24,000 nt of DNA from Ilumatobacter sp. (GTDB lineage Bacteria; Actinomycetota; Acidimicrobiia; Acidimicrobiales; Ilumatobacteraceae), in the NCBI RefSeq assembly GCF_049588435.1, contig NZ_JBAVYV010000215.1, forward strand, positions 1-24,000. Direction: 5' to 3'. Under the pieces are notes generated by a model, which ran no database searches, had not been told where the DNA came from, and was given only the letters and a program-made list of their open reading frames with translations. Below are positions 1 through 7,690 of this stretch, one piece after another (position 1 is the first letter of the stretch; each line of letters begins with the position of its first letter). A program made the translations under genes and the position numbers.

Positions 1-1
1 G

Positions 2-106
2 ATGTTCGCGAATCCGATGTTCGCGAATCCGGCCTATGCGAACCCGGTGTACACAAGCCCGGTCTACGCCAACCCGGTGTACGCGAATCCGACGTACGCA
101 GATGGC
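2..106 (+). repeat. Seven tandem 15-bp units encoding x-[YF]-[AT]-[NS]-P pentapeptides (MFANP MFANP AYANP VYTSP VYANP VYANP TYADG)
   Basis: Direct reading: units at 2-16, 17-31 (identical to the first), 32-46, 47-61, 62-76, 77-91 and 92-106. They are in frame with the S8 peptidase. The array may continue upstream of the window. Confidence 0.85.
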
Positions 107-1081
107 TACATCTGTGACGGTGTGCGCCCGAGCACCGCTCGTCCCGCGTCCGCACCCGCCCGGCCGTGGAAGGGCTACGGAAAGAAGCAGAAGTCGGGGC
201 GGAGCGTCGTCATCCTCGACACGGGCATCGCTGCTCGCGAGTTCATCGAGCCCGGCACCGGAGAGAAGGTCGACTTCTGCCCGAGGATGCTCACGGCGCT
301 CAGCGACGCATATCCGAACCGCTGGGAGGTTCCCGACAACGACAAGAATGCAGAGCCGGGGGAAGGCTTCGTCGACCCGGTCAGCGGCCACGGCACCTTC
401 ATCGCCGGCATCGTCCAGACCCTCGCACCGGGTACAGCGATCCTGCCGCTCAACATCGTCACCTCGTACGGTGATGTGGACGTCCTCACCGTGATGAAAC
501 AGGTCGTCGAACTCTGCGACAACGAGGAGCTCGGGCCGCACACCATCGTCAACATGTCGTTCGGCGGCTATGCGGACGAGAAGATGTCGACGCTGCAACG
601 TGCGATCCGCTGCATTCGCGACAAGAAGGCCGTCGTGGTGGCTTCGGCCGGCAACGACGCAACGGACCGCCCGGCGTTCCCGGCGTGTCTCCCACATGTC
701 GTGGGGGTCGGCGCTCTCGATCCGTACGGCCCCGCTCCGTATTCCAACTTCGGCGCCTGGGTGAATGCGTGCGCACCCGGCACCGACCTCGTGAGCGCGT
801 TCTACCGGAACTTCAACGGAAAGACCGAACTCCCAGAGTTGCCCGGAAGCTCGGATCCCGACAAGTACGAGTCATGGGTTCGCTGGACTGGGACGAGCTT
901 CGCCGCTCCAGTCGTGACAGCCGCGTTGCTCCGCGAGATGCGACTGACGAAGTGCGATGCCAACACCGCCGTCGAGCGGGTCATCGACGCTCCCGGACTC
1001 CTGCGAATCGCTGGGCTGGGCACCGTGGTCAACCTCGATCTGGGCGATTCGACGTGCCTGATGCCCTCAGGTCACTCGTGA
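2..1081 (+). CDS. Subtilisin-like (S8 family) serine peptidase, 5'-truncated by the window edge
   Basis: ORF is open to the window edge. Catalytic motifs occur in canonical order: D (VVILDTGI), H (SGHGTFIAG), N (ASAGND), S (GTSFAAPVV). Stop TGA at 1079-1081. No start codon or signal peptide is visible in the window. Confidence 0.9.
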   Translation: MFANPMFANPAYANPVYTSPVYANPVYANPTYADGYICDGVRPSTARPASAPARPWKGYGKKQKSGRSVVILDTGIAAREFIEPGTGEKVDFCPRMLTALSDAYPNRWEVPDNDKNAEPGEGFVDPVSGHGTFIAGIVQTLAPGTAILPLNIVTSYGDVDVLTVMKQVVELCDNEELGPHTIVNMSFGGYADEKMSTLQRAIRCIRDKKAVVVASAGNDATDRPAFPACLPHVVGVGALDPYGPAPYSNFGAWVNACAPGTDLVSAFYRNFNGKTELPELPGSSDPDKYESWVRWTGTSFAAPVVTAALLREMRLTKCDANTAVERVIDAPGLLRIAGLGTVVNLDLGDSTCLMPSGHS

Positions 1082-1083
1082 CT

Positions 1084-1099
1084 CGCTCGGTTCCGAGCG
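1084..1099. terminator. Short GC-rich inverted repeat between convergent genes (possible bidirectional terminator)
   Basis: CGCTCGG-TT-CCGAGCG lies between the S8 stop (1081) and the SDR stop (1155). No U-tract and a very small loop, so this is weak. Confidence 0.25.
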
Positions 1100-1154
1100 C
1101 GAATCGAGCCGTCTCACGCTGCCGGGGTCGGGGCGATGCGATCGGTCGTGGGTG

Positions 1155-2030
1155 TCAGCCGGGAAGCGCGTTGACCTGAACGCCTGTCATGTCACTGATC
1201 CAGGCGCGATGGCGATCATCGTCGGGATCCGACTGCCCAGCGATCCATTCCTCGTCGGTGAGATCGAGTCGACGCCCGACGAGACATACCGCGTCGTCAC
1301 CGACGACGTGGCGCAATTCCGGAGCGTCGGCGGTGATCGCTCGCCAGATCACCTCGGCCACCATGTCGGGAGTGCCCGGCGATCCCATCAAGGCGCTCGC
1401 GAAGAACTCGCCCAACCGTCGTCCACCGATGTAGGGCGTGTCGGGGTTCTCCGGGTCCTGCATGCCCTTCGCGAAGATCGGGGTCATGATCACGCCGGGC
1501 TCGATCAGCGTGACCCGGATGCCGAAGGGCTTCGTCTCGGCGGCCAGGACCTCGGTCAATGCCTCGGCCGCGAACTTCGAGGTGGCGTAGGCGCCGTGTC
1601 CGGCGATCGCGACTCTGCCGGCCAGCGATGTCACGTTGACGATGTGGCCGGCCGAGCGATCACGCATCGACGGCAGCACCGCGTGGATGCAACGCAGGGT
1701 TCCCCAGGTGTTGGTGTTCATCACGCGCTGGAATTCTGAAACCGACGTCTCCTCGATGGAGTGCCCAGCTGCGATTCCGGCGTTGTTGATCAGCACGTCG
1801 ATCGGTCCGTGTTCCGCCTGCAATCTGTCCAGCGCGACGGAGACCGAGTCGTCGTCGTCGACATCCATGACGACGAGTGCGAGATCCAGATCCGTGGAAG
1901 CGTCGAGCAACGCCTGACCGCTCTCGAGCGAACGCACCGACGCATGCACCTCGTGTCCCTCCGTGGCCAGGCGCAGCGCGGTGGCGAACCCGATTCCGGT
2001 TGATGCTCCAGTGACAAGCGATCGCGTCAT
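1155..2030 (-). CDS. Short-chain dehydrogenase/reductase (classical SDR)
   Basis: N-terminal TGASTGIG Rossmann motif, NNAG, and the catalytic S...YATSK motif. Length 291 aa. ATG at 2030-2028. Confidence 0.9.
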   Translation of the reverse strand: MTRSLVTGASTGIGFATALRLATEGHEVHASVRSLESGQALLDASTDLDLALVVMDVDDDDSVSVALDRLQAEHGPIDVLINNAGIAAGHSIEETSVSEFQRVMNTNTWGTLRCIHAVLPSMRDRSAGHIVNVTSLAGRVAIAGHGAYATSKFAAEALTEVLAAETKPFGIRVTLIEPGVIMTPIFAKGMQDPENPDTPYIGGRRLGEFFASALMGSPGTPDMVAEVIWRAITADAPELRHVVGDDAVCLVGRRLDLTDEEWIAGQSDPDDDRHRAWISDMTGVQVNALPG

Positions 2031-2284
2031 CAGGTTCCCTTTCGGTTGGCTCGGCTGAACAGCCCGAAAGAAGCTAACACGGCGACTCCGGGCGAAATTG
2101 CGGAGAGCCTCGAGTGGTCTGGCTTCGCCGAGTCATTGCTGACCTGAGCGACATTCTCGACCCCATTCCGTACCAACCTGTGACACCAGATGGGGCCGAG
2201 AAACGTGAACCGAACGGAATCGGTGGCCAACGTCGGGACAGTGGACAACGTCGGCGCAAGGGTCAACGGTCGACGACGAGCCGG

Positions 2285-3940
2285 TCAGGGAGTGGCGTTC
2301 GTGTCGCGGACTCCATCCCACCGCAGGACCAGGGCGATCGCGTCGTCTTCGAGCGGGCCCGAAGCCGATCGGAGGTCCATGATGTGAGCGACGAGTTCAT
2401 GCGCATCGAGATCAGATGCTGCCGCGAGCTGACGTCCCAACCGGTCGATTCCGAGGTCGATCGCCTCGCCTCGGTGCTCGACGAGACCATCGGAGAACAG
2501 AACGATCGAGGAGTTGGGTTCAATGGCCGTGTCGTGCTCTGTGCGATCGACGTGTCGGACGACCCCGACCGGCGGCGAGACGGCGCCGTCGAGCAGTCGC
2601 GTTCGCCCGTCGGCGTCGACGACGATTGCGGGCGGATGACCTGCGATCGAGTAGCGGACCGTGCCGGTGCTGGAATCGAGCACGACGCAGATTGCCGTCG
2701 CGAAGTCGACTCCGTTGACGCCGTGAGCGATCCGGTTGAGCGCGTCGAGGAGGGCTGCGGGCGACGGTCCGACCTCGGGTGCGAGCGCCGCGAGCGCCGC
2801 TCGCAGCCGGCCCATCTTCGCCGCAGACTCGACGTCGTGGCCGACGACGTCGCCGACGATCACGGCGACCTCCCCGGTCGGCCAGGCAAACGTGTCGTAC
2901 CAATCACCGCCGACCGTCATGAGGTTGGCGGCGGCACTCACCTGTGCGGCGATCGTGACGCCGGGGGCGTCGACGACGCTGTCGGGAAGAAGCGCTCGCT
3001 GGAGGCGCATCGCGATGTCGTGTTCTTGCTCACCGGCGCGTACCGCTTCCTCGAACAGCTGAGTCCGCTCGAGTGCCAGACCGGTTTGCACCGCCAGACC
3101 GCCGATCAATGACAGCACGTCGTCGTCGAACCACCGTTCCCCGCCTGCTCCGATCACGAGCGACCCGATGGCGGACTTGTCGGCTGCCCGCAATGGCATC
3201 GCGACGATCGATCCGATGCGAGCGTCGTACTCGTCGAAGATCGGGTATCGGTCGCGAACCGCGTCGAACGACTCCAGGTGGAACGACCGATTCGACACGG
3301 CCGCCTCGATCCCGGGGAGAGCAATCGACGCCGGCAGGTCCTCGACGACATTCGCGAGCCCGGATCCGAGACCCGGACCGGGAAGCAACACGAGTTGATC
3401 ACCGCGTCGCACTCGGATCGATGTCAATTCGAGCCCGAGCGCAGTCGTGAGTTCAGATGTCACGGATGCGGCGACCTCCTCGGCGGTCACCGCGCTGGCC
3501 AAGTGGGTTGCATTGCGCTCGAGGGTCTCGAGTTGTTGTCGCGCCCGGCGTTCGCTGTCGAGCAGTTCGGCGCGTTGATGCTCGGCGTCTCTCAAGGTCG
3601 TCGCATCAGCGAGAACGAGCATCACCTGGTTCTCGCCAACTCGCACGACCGAGCAGTCCACAACGATCGGTTGTGGACGCTCGCCGATGAGGTCGAATGA
3701 GTCGACGACGGTGCCGGACTCTGGGTGCCCCTCGACGAGGCCTCGGAGGCCCGGCCACGGTCGGGCGAGGCAGTCGAAGACGTTCTCGAACTCGGTGGCG
3801 TGACTTGCGTTGGTGATGAGCCGCACCGCGGCGGGGTTGATCTGATGGACGGTGCCGTCGTCCGCGAACGAGATCAGGCCCACCGGGCACTGATAGAAGA
3901 ACTCGAGCAGTTGCTGATAGCCGGTGATTCCGTCAGTCAC
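2285..3940 (-). CDS. PAS - coiled coil - GAF - PP2C (SpoIIE/RsbU-type) serine phosphatase
   Basis: 551 aa. N-terminal PAS-like segment (FYQCPVGLISFADDGTVHQINPAA). A helical linker and a GAF-like middle region follow. C-terminal PP2C motifs are GGDWYD, VGDVVGHD and FSDGLVE. The GTG start at 3940-3938 overlaps the stop of the upstream PYP gene. Confidence 0.9.
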   Translation of the reverse strand: MTDGITGYQQLLEFFYQCPVGLISFADDGTVHQINPAAVRLITNASHATEFENVFDCLARPWPGLRGLVEGHPESGTVVDSFDLIGERPQPIVVDCSVVRVGENQVMLVLADATTLRDAEHQRAELLDSERRARQQLETLERNATHLASAVTAEEVAASVTSELTTALGLELTSIRVRRGDQLVLLPGPGLGSGLANVVEDLPASIALPGIEAAVSNRSFHLESFDAVRDRYPIFDEYDARIGSIVAMPLRAADKSAIGSLVIGAGGERWFDDDVLSLIGGLAVQTGLALERTQLFEEAVRAGEQEHDIAMRLQRALLPDSVVDAPGVTIAAQVSAAANLMTVGGDWYDTFAWPTGEVAVIVGDVVGHDVESAAKMGRLRAALAALAPEVGPSPAALLDALNRIAHGVNGVDFATAICVVLDSSTGTVRYSIAGHPPAIVVDADGRTRLLDGAVSPPVGVVRHVDRTEHDTAIEPNSSIVLFSDGLVEHRGEAIDLGIDRLGRQLAAASDLDAHELVAHIMDLRSASGPLEDDAIALVLRWDGVRDTNATP

Positions 3941-4314
3941 CGTCGCAACACCACGAGATATTGGCGATCCGAACCGGCCCTCGCCAGCATGCGTAAGCGC
4001 ACCGGAGTCGGCGCCATGCGGAAGGTGAACACATAGTCGATCGTCTCATCGAGGTCTTCGCTGTCGGCAAACCGTTGCGCAACGAGGAAGTTGTTGGTGC
4101 AGGGACCGACTTCTTCGAAGAAGTTCCGCCCGACCACGCGTTCCCGGTCAAGACCCGAGAGCGCAGATTCGGCGCGGTTGTAGTGGATGACCAGCCCGGA
4201 TCGGTCCATGACCACGAGTCCGAACGAGAGGTCGTCGAAGCGGACGCGGTCTGCCTCGAGCACGTCGATGAGATCCGCCGACGCGAAGTCGACGCTCGCG
4301 TCCGATGTCGCCAT
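3937..4314 (-). CDS. pyp: Photoactive yellow protein (PYP) homologue, stand-alone PAS photoreceptor-type protein
   Basis: From ATG 4314-4312 the product is exactly 125 aa. It matches remembered Halorhodospira PYP along its whole length. Matching blocks are the N-cap F.S.D....L....D...LD.L.FG, HYNRAE (Tyr42/Glu46 equivalents), GRNFFEEVGPCT versus GKNFFKDVAPCT (Cys69 equivalent, codon 4099-4101), and IDYVFTFRMAPTPVRLRM versus FEYTFDYQMTPTKVKVHM. An alternative GTG start at 4347 would add 11 aa. Confidence 0.85.
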   Translation of the reverse strand: MATSDASVDFASADLIDVLEADRVRFDDLSFGLVVMDRSGLVIHYNRAESALSGLDRERVVGRNFFEEVGPCTNNFLVAQRFADSEDLDETIDYVFTFRMAPTPVRLRMLARAGSDRQYLVVLRR

Positions 4315-4449
4315 GCGCGGGAGGGTACTACCTCGCAGGGCGTGCACGAGAGGAGCAGTGTCCGCATGTGCTGTGGGTGCTGCTGCACCTGATCTCGCGC
4401 GTACGTGATGCGTTTCCGGGTGGTGGCTGGTCAGTCGGATCGGGCGTCG

Positions 4450-5067
4450 TCAACGGCTGCGGCGAAGCACGTACACGGTCGACTCCGACCCGCGAGACGC
4501 GATGTGCACCCCGCTCTCGGCGGCCAGTTGCTCGAAGTCGGCGTCGAGCAGCATGGCCAGTGTCGCCATGTAGTCGGGGTCGTCGAGCGTGTGGTCGTTG
4601 TACGAGAAGACCAACAGGTCGCCGGGTCCGGCCACCGAGGCGATGAGTGTCAACGTGTCCGCCGGAGCAGCGCCGACGCTGATCACACCGCACGCGACGA
4701 CCGCACGATAGGCACCCGGGGCGACATCGATTTCCCCCGCAGTCAGCTGCCACGACCGTCGATAGATCCCTGATCGGTCTGCTTGCTTCAGCATCCCGCT
4801 CGACAGGTCGGCTCCGTCGATCGTTGTGAACCCGGCGGCCGCGAGCGCTCGGCCGCACATCCCGGAACCACATCCGAAGTCGAGGATCGGCGCGCCGCGA
4901 TCGTCGAGGTGCTCGTCGAGCATCTCGGCGACCCGCACGGGTGTCGCGTAGCCACTCACTTCGAGGTCGTGGTCGTAGGACTCCGCCCAACCGTCGTAGA
5001 GCTTCTGTTGGGACTCAGCGTCCGGTGCCGAGGCATAGACGCGGTCGAGTGCTTCTTCGGCGCTCAT
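4450..5067 (-). CDS. Class I SAM-dependent methyltransferase
   Basis: 205 aa from ATG 5067-5065, preceded by a GGAGAG Shine-Dalgarno-like sequence. SAM-binding motif I is ILDFGCGSGMCG. The remainder of track ORF 4450..5688 is a low-complexity extension overlapping the next gene. Confidence 0.85.
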   Translation of the reverse strand: MSAEEALDRVYASAPDAESQQKLYDGWAESYDHDLEVSGYATPVRVAEMLDEHLDDRGAPILDFGCGSGMCGRALAAAGFTTIDGADLSSGMLKQADRSGIYRRSWQLTAGEIDVAPGAYRAVVACGVISVGAAPADTLTLIASVAGPGDLLVFSYNDHTLDDPDYMATLAMLLDADFEQLAAESGVHIASRGSESTVYVLRRSR

Positions 5068-5125
5068 CTCTCCAAACGTAGAGGGTGGAACCGGCCCGAT
5101 GGGACGCGCCGCTCCGGGCGCGGGA

Positions 5126-6478
5126 TCAGTCGGCGCGCGTGATGGTGAGACCTGCGTTGGCGGCGTTGTCGAAGTCGTCGTCGATGAGGACGACGTCGTG
5201 CCCAGCGCGGTCGAGGAGCGATGCAGCGATGCTGGCTCGGTAGCCGCTCTGGCAGTGCACGTGCACCGGCTCGTCGGGAACTTCGAGCAGGCGTCCGAGG
5301 AGTTCGTGCAACGGGATGTGCGTCGAGCCGTCGATGTGCCCGTCGGCGTACTCGTTGTTGCGGCGGGTGTCGATGATCCGTGGGTCGACCTCGCCGGCAA
5401 GATCGCCGAACGTCGCGACGGCATAACTGCTGCGATCGGCATCGTGCGCCCACGCGTCGAGACCTCCGTGGGCTGCGCCGGTCGGCCGGTCGACGCCGAT
5501 CCGCGCGAGCTGGCGTTGAGCCTCGGCAATCTCGTCGCGGCTGTCGGCGAGGAGCGTGACGGGCATGCCCCACGGGAGCAGCCACCCGAGATAGGTCGAG
5601 AAACCATCGGCGAGTTCGATGCCGATCGTGCCCGCAATGTGTGACGAGGCGAACTCGCGTCGCTTGCGCATGTCGACGACCCATTCACCGCGATGGATGC
5701 GACGGGCGAGTTCGACCGGGTCGACCTCAGCCGGTGGTGACAGGTCGACCGCCGTGGCTCCGGCGGTGTTGAGCGGACCCATCTGTGCGTAGTACTTCGG
5801 GAACGCGTCGAGGCCGGCGATGAGTTCGTTCACGAACGTGCTCTCGTCGGTGGCCGTGAGCGCGAGGTTGGCGCGTCGTTCGGTGGCGAGGGTTCCGTCG
5901 GATTCCATGTCGCTCGACGCCGATGCGCAGAAGCTTCCGAACCCGTGTGTCGGGTAGACGAGCGTGTCGTCGGGGAGCGCGTCTGCGAGTGCATGAACCG
6001 AGCGGTACTGGGCGTGAGTGAGTTCGTCGGTGGCGTCGGCGCTGATCAGGTCGGTTCTGCCGACGGTGCCGTACAGCATCGATCCGCCGGTGAACACCGC
6101 GGGTGGCTCGCCTTCGGCGACCACGACGTACGAAAGGTGGTGCGGCGTGTGCCCGGGGGTGTGGCGCACTTCAACACGCATCTTGCCGATCTCGACGGTG
6201 TCGCCGTCGCGGACAGCGTGGTAGTCGAAGCACAATGGTTCGTCGGCTGCGTGGAGATACGTCGCCCCGGTGATCCTCGCGAGGGAGAGACCGCCGCTGA
6301 CGTAGTCGTTGTGGACGTGTGTTTCGGCCACGTGGCTGATCGCGATGCCGACCTCCTCGGCCCGCTCGATGAGTCGTTCGATGTCGCGCTGGGGATCGAT
6401 GACGAGCCCGACTGTTCCATCGTGGACGATGTACGACCGGTCCCCGAGCGATGGTGTCTCGATGGTGATGACCTGCAT
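5126..6478 (-). CDS. MBL-fold metallo-hydrolase (persulfide-dioxygenase-like) fused to two rhodanese-like domains
   Basis: 450 aa from ATG 6478-6476, preceded by GAGGAGG. The MBL motif is THVHNDYVSGG, followed by HTPGHTPHH. The C-terminal rhodanese active-site loop is HCQSGYRAS. The first rhodanese-like domain lacks the Cys. Confidence 0.9.
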   Translation of the reverse strand: MQVITIETPSLGDRSYIVHDGTVGLVIDPQRDIERLIERAEEVGIAISHVAETHVHNDYVSGGLSLARITGATYLHAADEPLCFDYHAVRDGDTVEIGKMRVEVRHTPGHTPHHLSYVVVAEGEPPAVFTGGSMLYGTVGRTDLISADATDELTHAQYRSVHALADALPDDTLVYPTHGFGSFCASASSDMESDGTLATERRANLALTATDESTFVNELIAGLDAFPKYYAQMGPLNTAGATAVDLSPPAEVDPVELARRIHRGEWVVDMRKRREFASSHIAGTIGIELADGFSTYLGWLLPWGMPVTLLADSRDEIAEAQRQLARIGVDRPTGAAHGGLDAWAHDADRSSYAVATFGDLAGEVDPRIIDTRRNNEYADGHIDGSTHIPLHELLGRLLEVPDEPVHVHCQSGYRASIAASLLDRAGHDVVLIDDDFDNAANAGLTITRAD

Positions 6479-6696
6479 GGCTGCCTCCTCGATTGGTGTG
6501 CACGAATCGTAGGTACTGCCGCGACCCGACCGAGTTCGACGTGGGCCGAAGTTTGCCTGACAACCCGACTCCGGCCTGCGGCTGACGCCTCCGGTCGGCC
6601 ACGTGCCATCCGCCGGTACCCGGTCAGGCGACAGAAGCTGAGCCACGCCGGTGGACTTCTCTGCGTCCACTACGGTCGGGGCGGGAAGTTCATTCG

Positions 6697-6985
6697 ATGG
6701 CCGAGCAGATTTCCGAGCGTCCACTCCGCTTGGTTGACGTCGCCGGCGAGGTCGACCGGGTCGTCCTGTGCCTGGAACAGACCGACCCGGATGTCGCCAT
6801 CGATGAGTTGAAGCTGTTCGCATGCCGCGTCCGCGAAGCGATCGGGCGCGAGACCTACCGCGTCCGGATGTCGAGTTCTCTGGAGGCGATGGAGGCCGAC
6901 ATCGTGGCGCTCGTCGATGAGCTCGAGGACGCGGTGGCGAGTATTCGCAACATCCTGATCCCCGCAGCGGAGCGGTCGGGTCCGG
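6697..6985 (+). CDS. Hypothetical acidic protein (about 96 aa of convincing coding signal); 3' end unresolved
   Basis: ATG at 6697. Codon-position-3 GC is high only up to about 6985. The track ORF (6697..7401) has no stop until 7401, but its codon usage collapses after about 6985, where frame +1 takes over. No recognisable family. Confidence 0.35.
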
Positions 6986-7342
6986 GTGTCGCCAGATGCT
7001 CGCCGCGGAGCCGAGAACGTGCTCTACTCGATCGCTGCCGGTTTCGCGATGGCGTTCGCGATCGCCGCCGCGCTGATCTACGGCACGCCGAATGGCGCCA
7101 CCGACCTGTGGGTGTGTGGGGCGGCCTCGCTGTGCTGGCGTACATCGGCAAGGACCGGATCAAGGCCGGTGACCCTGGCCGACCCGGACTCCGGGATCCT
7201 GGTCAAGTCGTCATTGCCGCGGGCGTACGACGTGACGATCCTGCACCCACTCGCTCCGCCCGGCACCGAGACGGCGTGGAGCGCGGCGCGGGTCGTGAGC
7301 AGCCGCAAGGGCATCCGTCGGGACGACCAACACGAGGCCTGA
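6986..7342 (+). CDS. Small membrane protein (TM helix VLYSIAAGFAMAFAIAAALIYG) with a soluble C-terminal domain; weakly reminiscent of actinobacterial 2-TM/PH-like proteins
   Basis: GTG at 6986 with GGAGCGG upstream. Good codon bias except for 7139-7165, a run of rare codons (cgt aca tcg gca agg acc gga tca agg). There the other frame reads a plausible second TM helix (WGGLAVLAYIGKDRIKAG). Stop at 7340-7342. Confidence 0.45.
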   Translation: MSPDARRGAENVLYSIAAGFAMAFAIAAALIYGTPNGATDLWVCGAASLCWRTSARTGSRPVTLADPDSGILVKSSLPRAYDVTILHPLAPPGTETAWSAARVVSSRKGIRRDDQHEA

Positions 7343-7397
7343 GCGCCACCGAGCGTGGCACGGAACCGGCCTGGCGACAACCAGTACTGTCTTGGTC

Positions 7398-7592
7398 ATG
7401 AGCATCTCCGATGACGACATCAATGAACAACCTGCCGACGACGGGCTCGCACCGACCGCGGGCGGTGGCGCCGATGATTCTGACGGGACCGACGGTGATT
7501 CCGATGGGACCGACGGCGGTCATTCCGATGGAACCGACGGCGGAGACTCGGACGGAACCGACGGCGGAGACTCGGACGGCGCCGACTCCTGA
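7398..7592 (+). CDS. Small, highly acidic peptide (64 aa) ending in about five DSDGTDGG octapeptide repeats
   Basis: ATG at 7398 (the track ORF starts at TTG 7392). Sequence is MSISDDDINEQPADDGLAPTAGGGADDSDGTDG DSDGTDGG HSDGTDGG DSDGTDGG DSDGADS. Differences between repeat units fall mostly on third positions of this frame (gat/gac, tcc/tcg/tct, ggg/gga/ggc). That pattern supports translation in this frame. No clear Shine-Dalgarno sequence. Confidence 0.5.
   Translation: MSISDDDINEQPADDGLAPTAGGGADDSDGTDGDSDGTDGGHSDGTDGGDSDGTDGGDSDGADS
7476..7589 (+). repeat. Imperfect 24-bp tandem repeat (about 4.75 units)
   Basis: Units at 7476-7496 (21 bp), 7497-7520, 7521-7544, 7545-7568 and 7569-7589. 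The consensus is gaY tcN gaY ggN acc gac ggc ggN. Confidence 0.85.
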
Positions 7593-7690
7593 ACACTGGA
7601 TCGAGGTGGCTGGTCCGGCGCGTTCCGCATCCCGACGCGCCCGGCCTCGCCGACCTGGTCGGTGACGTCGACATCTTTCGGCGCGACGTC

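Noticed and set aside
2030-2266. 78-aa minus-strand ORF whose TGA overlaps the SDR ATG (TGATG); I also checked the 255-bp region for a riboswitch
   Set aside because: It has a TTG start without a Shine-Dalgarno sequence, only moderate codon bias, and no recognisable fold. I could not match the region to any riboswitch consensus I know (TPP, SAM, cobalamin, glycine, c-di-AMP). It is left unannotated.
2114-3112. 332-aa plus-strand ORF
   Set aside because: It lies antisense to the PAS-GAF-PP2C gene and has Arg/Asp-rich shadow composition.
5068-5688. N-terminal extension of track ORF 4450..5688, with similar extensions at 6479-6823, 12347-12628, 15218-15379 and 20564-20794
   Set aside because: The extensions are low-complexity, overlap neighbouring genes or promoters, and have poor third-position GC. 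Internal starts with Shine-Dalgarno sequences give family-typical N-termini.
7411-7665. Alternative Pro/Thr-rich reading (84 aa) of the 24-bp repeat region
   Set aside because: The G-ending codons give high GC3 here too. However, differences between repeat units would be non-synonymous in this frame and largely synonymous in the acidic frame. This frame also runs across the likely JmjC N-terminus.
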